Shown here piece by piece: positions 36,634 to 42,821 of a stretch of 42,821 nucleotides of DNA. Made by a program: the position numbers and the translations under genes. Source of the stretch: a virus (lineage: Duplodnaviria > Caudoviricetes). The DNA lies in the IMG/VR virus record IMGVR_UViG_3300032257_000254, positions 1 to 42,821 of that record; one strand, given 5' to 3'. Positions within the stretch are counted from its first letter, which is position 1. The number at the start of each line of letters is the position of its first letter. The notes below the pieces were generated by a model. The model made no database searches and was not told the DNA's origin. It saw only the letters and a list, made by a program, of their open reading frames with translations.

Positions 36634-37178
36634 ATAAAATGATTATAGGACTGGCAGGGTTCAAAGGATCAGGCAAAACTACAGCAGCTAATTACCTTAC
36701 AGATACTCTAGGTATAGCTACAGCTTACCCTTTAGCAGAGCCTATCAAAGATATTGCTAAGCAATTATACCCTGATCTTATAGGATTAGATTTAGATGAC
36801 CAGACAGTTAAAGATCATTTAAGTATAGGAGGCCGTAAAGTACGAGATATACTAGTAGGTATAGGTCAGGGGTTACGTAGAGATTTAGGCTCAGATGTCT
36901 GGTGTGAGGTAGTAGGGGAGAAGCTATCCAGACTTCCTAAGTATGCAGACCGTATTGTTATCCCTGATATCCGTATGCCTCATGAAGCAGAATGGCTACG
37001 GAACTTAGGTGGTACTCTCATCTGGATTGATAATCCTAATTGCTCTACTAATGGATGTAGTACAGAGCAAGACCTAAGCCAAATGGCTGATGCTATTATT
37101 ACGAATAACCCTGAGACTATGGGTATGCAAGGCTTAGGCTATGTCCTAGATGATATAGTTTGTACGGTGGGCTGGTAA
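36630..37178 (+). CDS. Deoxynucleoside monophosphate kinase
   Basis: Motifs IIGLAGFKGSGKTTAA, LAEPIK, G..LRR and IPDIRMPHE; ATGA-coupled start at 36630. Confidence 0.9.
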   Translation: MNKMIIGLAGFKGSGKTTAANYLTDTLGIATAYPLAEPIKDIAKQLYPDLIGLDLDDQTVKDHLSIGGRKVRDILVGIGQGLRRDLGSDVWCEVVGEKLSRLPKYADRIVIPDIRMPHEAEWLRNLGGTLIWIDNPNCSTNGCSTEQDLSQMADAIITNNPETMGMQGLGYVLDDIVCTVGW

Positions 37179-37429
37179 TGGCTTCTGAGATTACAATCAT
37201 ACATAAGACTAATAAGGTGGAGCTATCTAGCTTAGCTATGGGTGATTACTTTCTTACTGATAATAACTCCCTAGGTAGGATTGTAGAAGTAGATACTTAT
37301 GGAGGGAGAAAGCGTATCATGTGGTTTAATCATGGAACCATAAGCCCTGAGCTTTCTAATGGGCGCTTATTAGCGGTGGTTACTCCAGTAGACTTAAACA
37401 TAGAAGCGATAACTAAATGCGTATCTTAG
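37178..37429 (+). CDS. Hypothetical protein (83 aa)
   Basis: TAATG-coupled start at 37178. Confidence 0.65.
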   Translation: MASEITIIHKTNKVELSSLAMGDYFLTDNNSLGRIVEVDTYGGRKRIMWFNHGTISPELSNGRLLAVVTPVDLNIEAITKCVS

Positions 37430-39600
37430 CTAATATCTCATCCAGAGATAGGAGGTATCAAGGAGTATTGGCAGCAATGCTTAAGCCCTATGGGTTTGAG
37501 GGATCAATACTCGTTGGTACAGCCTCTTATTCTAAGCTACTAAATAGAGCCGAAGAAATAAAAGCTGATGTAATAGTAGTCTCTAGTCCTGATACACTTA
37601 AGGAATTAGTAGCAGGTAAAGGTAACATATCAGAGTGGAGAGGCGCAGTACTACAGACCGAGATTCCTATCCTTATAATCAGTCCTTTGCATATGGTTCA
37701 TGCAACTAAGACGGGCAGGTGGATTATGGAAAAGGACATGGCTAAGCTAGTACCTATAGCTAAAGGTGAGTATGCTCACACATACACCTATCAAATTGTA
37801 GATGCCTTTGAAGACATAGACTCTATTATAGAGGAGCTTGGTCAAGCTGATTGTATAGTAGCTGATATTGAGACTACTAGGCAGAATGATATAGATGTAA
37901 TTTCCTTTACTATTATCAAGGACTCTCAGATAGGTATGACCTATGTGTTTGACACTTGGGGATTCCATAAGGACATTCAAGCCATACTAGAGAACCCTGT
38001 ACCTAAGGCATTCCATAATGGAGCCTTTGATTGCTTCCAACTATTACGCTTTAGAATACCTGTACGTGCTTATCTCCTAGACACAGAGTATATGTGGAAG
38101 TGTTGGCACGCAGAGCTTGATAAGTCTCTAGCCTTTGTATCCTCTATCTTATTGACTGATTACTATTACTGGAAAGAGGAAGTATCAGATGATAGACTAC
38201 AGTACTGTGCTAAGGATACTATTAATACAGCTAGGTGCTTACTAGAGATAATTAAGTATATGCCTGACTGGGCATGGAAGAACTTTGCTATAATGTATCC
38301 TCTAGTATTCCCAGCTATAGGCTATGGCTTTGAGGGTATCAAGCTAGATGAAGAGCGTATGGCTCCTATCAAAGCAGAGGCACAAGCTAAGGTAGATGGA
38401 CTTAAGGCTAGATTAAGGATCATGGCAGACTGGCCAGACTTTAATCCCGGATCTCCTCAGCAGATATCTAAGTTACTCTATAAAGTTATTGGGGCTAAGA
38501 AACCTAAGAGGTCAAGTAGTGCCGGTGCTACAGATGAGACTAGTCTCAAGAAAGTAAGACTTCAGCATCCACTGATAGCTGTCTTTGTAGAGCTTATACT
38601 TGAGTACAGAAAGGAAGCTAAGCTTCTAAGCACTTACTACAATGCACAGCTGCATCATGGTAGGATTATGTACTCTGTTAAGATAGATGGTACTGAAACA
38701 GGCAGGCTTGCCTCCAGTAAGTCCCCGCTTTATGTGCCTCTAGAGGACACACCGGGCAAGACTTTATCCACTCAAATGAATTATGGAGCACAAGTACAGA
38801 ACATGCCTCCACTATTCAAGAAGCTACTAATCCCTGATACGGGTTATACTTTCTTTGAGATAGATAAGTCTCAGTCAGAGGCTAGATGTGTAGCCAGACA
38901 GTCAGGTGATAAGACTCTCATAGAAGCCCTAGAGGGTGGAGAAGATTTCTATTGCTTTACAGCTTGGAAGTTCTTTGGTAATAAGATAGAGAAGGATGAT
39001 CCTGTAAGACAGATCACTAAGAAGATCATTCATGGTACTAACTATAAGATGGGAGCTGAGACTTTCATTGACTCAGTAGGTATCGAAGGTATGGTTAATG
39101 CTATGAAACTTGTAGGTTGGCAGGGCAATGATATGGTAGCCTTTGCTAATCACCTACTAGGATTGTATCACTCAGCTTACCCCAAAGTTCAACAAGGATG
39201 GAATGGTATACGCAGAGAAGTAGCTCTTACAGGTAAGCTAGTCACAGAGGATGGATGGACAAGAGAAATCTTCGGAGACATTATGAAGGATGCAGCTATA
39301 TGGAGAGCCTGTATAGCTCATAAGCCACAGCATCTATCTGTAGCAGGGCTAAATAAATCTCTAATCCAGATATTCTTTAAGCTACAATTAGGATCAGAGG
39401 GGGCACTACGCATTAAGGCTCAGGTACATGACTCTATAGTAGGCCAAACTTTGGATACTAGTTATTACATTCCAAGAGTTCATAAGCTTCTAGATACAGT
39501 GCAGCCTACAGCTCATGGGGATTTAAGAATACCACTAGATATAGAAGTATCAACTAAAAGTTGGAAGGAGAAAGAAGAATATGAACTCACAGCAAGCTAG
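37417..39600 (+). CDS. polA: Family A DNA polymerase with 3'-5' exonuclease and degenerate N-terminal UDG-like domain (727 aa)
   Basis: Exonuclease motifs DIET, FHNGAFD, YCAKD; FNPGSPQQ; TETGRLASS; motif A DKSQSEAR, motif B RQITKKIIHGTNY, motif C QVHDS. Confidence 0.95.
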   Translation: MRILANISSRDRRYQGVLAAMLKPYGFEGSILVGTASYSKLLNRAEEIKADVIVVSSPDTLKELVAGKGNISEWRGAVLQTEIPILIISPLHMVHATKTGRWIMEKDMAKLVPIAKGEYAHTYTYQIVDAFEDIDSIIEELGQADCIVADIETTRQNDIDVISFTIIKDSQIGMTYVFDTWGFHKDIQAILENPVPKAFHNGAFDCFQLLRFRIPVRAYLLDTEYMWKCWHAELDKSLAFVSSILLTDYYYWKEEVSDDRLQYCAKDTINTARCLLEIIKYMPDWAWKNFAIMYPLVFPAIGYGFEGIKLDEERMAPIKAEAQAKVDGLKARLRIMADWPDFNPGSPQQISKLLYKVIGAKKPKRSSSAGATDETSLKKVRLQHPLIAVFVELILEYRKEAKLLSTYYNAQLHHGRIMYSVKIDGTETGRLASSKSPLYVPLEDTPGKTLSTQMNYGAQVQNMPPLFKKLLIPDTGYTFFEIDKSQSEARCVARQSGDKTLIEALEGGEDFYCFTAWKFFGNKIEKDDPVRQITKKIIHGTNYKMGAETFIDSVGIEGMVNAMKLVGWQGNDMVAFANHLLGLYHSAYPKVQQGWNGIRREVALTGKLVTEDGWTREIFGDIMKDAAIWRACIAHKPQHLSVAGLNKSLIQIFFKLQLGSEGALRIKAQVHDSIVGQTLDTSYYIPRVHKLLDTVQPTAHGDLRIPLDIEVSTKSWKEKEEYELTAS

Positions 39601-39841
39601 AGAAGTAGTAATGAATGCATTAGTAGATAAGATAGACTCTAATGTAACTATTGGTAATGACCGTACATCCTTTAAGGACTTACAGTTTGATGACCTAGAT
39701 ATTATAGGTACTCTACTGCATATCCAAGATCATGCTGATGTACTCTTATTTGATTCAGATCAGTATTGTCCTAGAACTATAGGCGATATGATAACTATGG
39801 TAGAACAAGCGGAGGAATTCAATGGAGACTTCAGAGACTAA
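39581..39841 (+). CDS. Acyl-carrier-protein-like protein lacking the conserved Ser (DDLD instead of DSLD; 86 aa)
   Basis: TSFKDLQFDDLDII..LL.I.D...V.L.D......TIGDMI.MV aligns by eye with ACP [25 protein letters not shown].TEIPD......TVQAAIDYI; AAGGAG RBS. Confidence 0.7.
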   Translation: MNSQQAREVVMNALVDKIDSNVTIGNDRTSFKDLQFDDLDIIGTLLHIQDHADVLLFDSDQYCPRTIGDMITMVEQAEEFNGDFRD

Positions 39842-40397
39842 TCAAGCAGTCATAGATTTAGAGACTGGAGCTACACACTTACATGCTCCCATCTTTAGAA
39901 TAGGTGTAGCTATCTTACATGCAAATTCAGAGGAGTCTATGAATATAAGTGCTCACGACTTCGGAGTTAATCCTGCTAGCTGTGAGGAATTTGGGGCTAA
40001 GTATGATGAAGATACTGTGGTATGGTGGACAGAGCAAGATCCTGTAGTCATAGTAGCTAGAGATGTGAATCCTAGATTCCATATCAAACAAGCTCTAGTC
40101 TTACTTAACCAGCTATTAGAAGAGCACGAGGTTAAGATTACTTGGGGTAATTCTCCCAGCTTTGATCAGTCTATACTCCTGTATTACTATAAGCGTATAG
40201 GTTTAACACCGCATGAGGCTCTGACTTACCGGAATCAGTATGACCTAAGAACTATTAAGGAGTTATACCCAGAAGTCAAAGCAGCACTTAAAGCCGCCTT
40301 CAGTGAGAACCATCCTCAGCATATAGCAATAAATGATGCTATAGCAGAGATGAAGGCTATAAGATTCTTCTATAATAATATCTATAAGGGTATCTAA
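39822..40397 (+). CDS. DEDDh 3'-5' exonuclease (Rv2179c/DUF5051-like, 191 aa)
   Basis: Motifs IDLET, WGNSPSFD, DLRT and HIAINDA. Confidence 0.88.
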   Translation: METSETNQAVIDLETGATHLHAPIFRIGVAILHANSEESMNISAHDFGVNPASCEEFGAKYDEDTVVWWTEQDPVVIVARDVNPRFHIKQALVLLNQLLEEHEVKITWGNSPSFDQSILLYYYKRIGLTPHEALTYRNQYDLRTIKELYPEVKAALKAAFSENHPQHIAINDAIAEMKAIRFFYNNIYKGI

Positions 40398-41665
40398 TGT
40401 CTCAAGACTTCTTTGATCTTTACTTTGACTTTGTAGGTAAGACGGAATCCCCAGCTATCTTCCATAGATGGACTGCTATATCCATGATATCTACTCTGCT
40501 TAGTAGGAATGTTTATATGCCACTGGGGCATGGACTTATCTATCCTAATCAGTATATACTACTGACAGGAGGGCCGGGTACTAGGAAGGGTACTGCTCTT
40601 AAGATAGGTGTAAGACTGTTAAAGGATATAGGATATAAGTCCTTCAGTCCTAATAAAGCAGCTAAGGAAACTCTATGGGCTATTATGGCTAATAGGATAG
40701 ACAAGGATGATGAGGACTCAGATGAGCTATTTGATCTACATGCACCACTCATAGATGATAGCCCTTCTGAGATGTACATAGCTCAAGATGAGTTCATAGA
40801 CTTTATGGGAGTAGGCAACGATGAACTACTTACTAATCTCACTAATCTTTGGGATAATCTGGATGAGTTCTCTAATCCAAAGCTCACCAAAGAGGACGCT
40901 CTTATTGTTAAGCCTACTATTAATATTCTTAGTGGTGCAACTCCTGGCGGCATTAGCGAAGCGTTTGGTACGATAGCTATGTCCGGCGGGTTCTTCTCTA
41001 GGGTCATGTTCATCTATGGAGGATCAACAGGACAGAAGATAGCATGGCCAGATCCAGCAGACACCACCCTAAGTGCTGAACTCCATAGACGACTTAGAGT
41101 TATGCAGACTCTAGCTGGTGAAGTACAGATGTCCCCCGATGTTAAAGGACTCTTAGCTGACATATACAATAAGTTTCCTGGTATGGAGGATAGGAGATTC
41201 TCTTACTACTGCCAACGTAGACAGACACATCTACTTAAGCTGTCTATAATTATGGCAGCATCAAGGCTAAGTACTACCATTAGTGAGGAAGATTGTGTGC
41301 TTGCTAATACTGTGCTACACTTAGCTGAGATGAGGATGCCACAGGCACTAGGAGAATTTGGTAAGAGTAAGACTTCTGATATTGCTAATGATGTGATAGA
41401 GGTTCTTACTAATTCTAAAGTCCCTATGAATATTAAGCAACTATGGAAACATTTCAATCAGGATATGAGAAAGGTGTCTGACTTAGAAGAAGTACTTAGA
41501 AACTTATTAAGTGCCGAGAAGATTCAGATACACCCAGTAAGGGGTACTAATGCGTACTTACCTATGTTAAAGTCCGAGTCTAAATGGGAACCAACCCATA
41601 TAGATTATAGCATGGTAAGAGCTTCAGAGCACCCAGAAGTCATTAAAGAAAAGAAGGTTAGTTAA
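40397..41665 (+). CDS. DUF3987-like P-loop replicative helicase (422 aa), no primase domain
   Basis: Motifs TESP..FH.W, YPNQYILLTGGPGTRKGT, QDEF, LWD, ILSGATP and GFFSR; C-terminal wHTH-like segment. Confidence 0.8.
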   Translation: MSQDFFDLYFDFVGKTESPAIFHRWTAISMISTLLSRNVYMPLGHGLIYPNQYILLTGGPGTRKGTALKIGVRLLKDIGYKSFSPNKAAKETLWAIMANRIDKDDEDSDELFDLHAPLIDDSPSEMYIAQDEFIDFMGVGNDELLTNLTNLWDNLDEFSNPKLTKEDALIVKPTINILSGATPGGISEAFGTIAMSGGFFSRVMFIYGGSTGQKIAWPDPADTTLSAELHRRLRVMQTLAGEVQMSPDVKGLLADIYNKFPGMEDRRFSYYCQRRQTHLLKLSIIMAASRLSTTISEEDCVLANTVLHLAEMRMPQALGEFGKSKTSDIANDVIEVLTNSKVPMNIKQLWKHFNQDMRKVSDLEEVLRNLLSAEKIQIHPVRGTNAYLPMLKSESKWEPTHIDYSMVRASEHPEVIKEKKVS

Positions 41666-41687
41666 TACAAACGTAGGAGTAAGGATA

Positions 41688-41888
41688 ATGCACATGATTA
41701 ATGTAGAACAACAGAGGATAGACCATCTAGTAGAAGCCTTACAGTCACAGGCTATTAGGGGTTTATATGATTATAACGATGCAGATAAGAATCTCTTGGC
41801 TGAGGCTTCAAGGATTATAAATGCCCGCGAGTTTCTAACTGTAGCACAGCACCAAGCTATAGTCCAAATGGCAGTGAGGTATCTCTAA
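41688..41888 (+). CDS. Hypothetical protein (66 aa)
   Basis: AGGAGTAAGGA RBS. Confidence 0.7.
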   Translation: MHMINVEQQRIDHLVEALQSQAIRGLYDYNDADKNLLAEASRIINAREFLTVAQHQAIVQMAVRYL

Positions 41889-41890
41889 TG
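41875..41890 (+). repeat. 16-nt gene-junction repeat TGAGGTATCTCTAATG (copy at 42072-42087)
   Basis: Exact repeat containing RBS, stop and start codons. Confidence 0.85.
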
Positions 41891-42085
41891 TCTAAGGAAT
41901 TTACAATCAATACAATGCTGACTGATAATTATAAGATAGGAGACACTATAACTACTCTACTATATAAGAGGTCTTTCCGACTTAAACTTAAGAGATTCTT
42001 TCTAGGCTTAGGCTATAGTGATGCAATACTAAAAGGTGTAATTACTAAGATAGATAAGCATACTATTACTTTGAGGTATCTCTAA
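41888..42085 (+). CDS. Hypothetical protein (65 aa)
   Basis: GAGGT RBS; TAATG overlaps. Confidence 0.7.
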   Translation: MSKEFTINTMLTDNYKIGDTITTLLYKRSFRLKLKRFFLGLGYSDAILKGVITKIDKHTITLRYL

Positions 42086-42201
42086 TGACTCCAGAAATTA
42101 AATTTTGGATACTTGTTACATGCTATAGCATACAAGCTGTATGCTTAGTAGTTGTACTATGGGAAACATATCAGATAGGGAAGATAGTGAGAAGGTTATA
42201 G
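42085..42201 (+). CDS. 38-aa single-TM micropeptide MTPEIKFWILVTCYSIQAVCLVVVLWETYQIGKIVRRL
   Basis: GAGGT RBS and TAATG overlap; not in the ORF track. Confidence 0.6.
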   Translation: MTPEIKFWILVTCYSIQAVCLVVVLWETYQIGKIVRRL

Positions 42202-42205
42202 GCAT

Positions 42206-42231
42206 AAAAAAGCCCCTCGGTAAGGAGGGGC
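42206..42231 (-). terminator. Rho-independent terminator of the late operon
   Basis: Minus strand GCCCCTC-CTTACC-GAGGGGC followed by T6; preceded by hairpin GTAGC/GCTAC (42242-42255). Confidence 0.85.
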
Positions 42232-42267
42232 AAGGCAGATTGTAGCCGAAGCTACTAGGAGTTATCA

Positions 42268-42821
42268 TTAATTATAAGTTTGGATTAAGTCAGCTATACC
42301 TTCCTGTTTAGTAGACTCTGTATGCAGTCTCTCAGCAAAGGTATTATCTAATCCAGCATAAGCAGTATTGAGCGCTTGGTTCCATCCACGTGCAGTACCT
42401 CCAGCATCTAAGTACTTCTGCATCTCATTACCTATAGCAGATTTATTCTTACCTCGTACTAATCCTCTGAGATTAGATATAGCATCCCTTCTATTAGTAT
42501 TATCAATAGCATCGTAGTACTTACCAGAGAATTTAAGAGTACGCAAGCTTTGTTCCTTAAGAGGTCTAGCACCCATAACTCGTGACAATTGTGCCCAGCC
42601 TCCTACCTCAGCCTCAGAAGATACCTGAGCCTTAGTACGGTCTTGGGAGTATCCTAGTCCTAGCTCGGCAAATCTAGCAGCAGGGCGCCATAGGCTTTGC
42701 GCAGCTAAGCCCTCCAATACAGCCCGCCCGCCATCTTTGATATTGCCACCCGAAGCTAAAGTCCCTAGAGTCCTAGCCACAGTCTGAGTAGTAAAGTCAT
42801 AAGCATCCTTGGTAGCATTTA
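42268..42821 (-). CDS. C-terminal part of the ~1640-aa ejection protein (continues from position 1)
   Basis: In frame with the ORF starting at 4496 via the 127-nt overlap; TAA at 42268-42270. Confidence 0.85.
   Translation of the reverse strand, partial: NATKDAYDFTTQTVARTLGTLASGGNIKDGGRAVLEGLAAQSLWRPAARFAELGLGYSQDRTKAQVSSEAEVGGWAQLSRVMGARPLKEQSLRTLKFSGKYYDAIDNTNRRDAISNLRGLVRGKNKSAIGNEMQKYLDAGGTARGWNQALNTAYAGLDNTFAERLHTESTKQEGIADLIQTYN

Noticed and set aside
36630-40397. Modified-base (e.g. Z-genome/DpoZ) pathway
   Set aside because: No purZ, dATPase, thymidylate-synthase-like, queuosine-pathway or glycosyltransferase gene was recognised.
24392-41457. ORFs antisense to early/replication genes (24392, 26987, 27730, 32152, 34991, 35041, 35758, 36345, 37747, 40549, 40783, 41206) and the alternate-frame ORF 32189
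   Set aside because: They overlap better-supported genes or structured elements and have no supporting signals.
42695-42821. 127-bp repeat as a biological terminal repeat
   Set aside because: Its length equals a common assembler k-mer and it lies mid-gene, so it is treated as an assembly overlap.
1-42821. Stop-codon reassignment suggested by TAG abundance
   Set aside because: Code 11 gives dense, intact genes; the TAGs are out of frame, and TAG is used as a real stop.

Overview
The window is one complete, circularly assembled dsDNA phage genome. The unique length is 42,694 bp, because positions 1-127 equal 42695-42821. The gene set is podovirus-like. The minus strand (about 24 kb, running through the origin) carries terS, terL, portal, scaffold, major capsid, adaptor, tail/LamG adhesin, a lysis cassette with an M15A endolysin, a tail nozzle and ejection proteins. 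One of these is a ~1640-aa ORF that crosses the contig ends and appears in the ORF track only as its last 170 aa. The plus strand (25.2-42.2 kb) carries early and replication genes: RecD/Dda-like helicase, Cas4-like nuclease, Sak4-like ATPase, putative SSB, dNMP kinase, family A polymerase, DEDDh exonuclease and a DUF3987-like helicase. I recognised no integrase, repressor, RNA polymerase, primase, tRNA or CRISPR array, so a lytic phage using host sigma70 is the simplest reading. IHF-type and CsrA-type sites hint at a gammaproteobacterial host (inference). Strongest leads: (1) an acyl-carrier-protein-like gene with Asp in place of the phosphopantetheine Ser, overlapping a His762-type polymerase; (2) a ~185-nt multi-stem RNA after the putative SSB gene, plus three hairpins before it; (3) a GC-rich hairpin island between portal and scaffold; (4) covarying ANGGA-loop hairpins after stop codons; (5) four hidden, translationally coupled micro membrane peptides; (6) a ribosomal bL12-like motif protein. 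All family assignments come from motif recognition by eye; no searches or folding programs were run.
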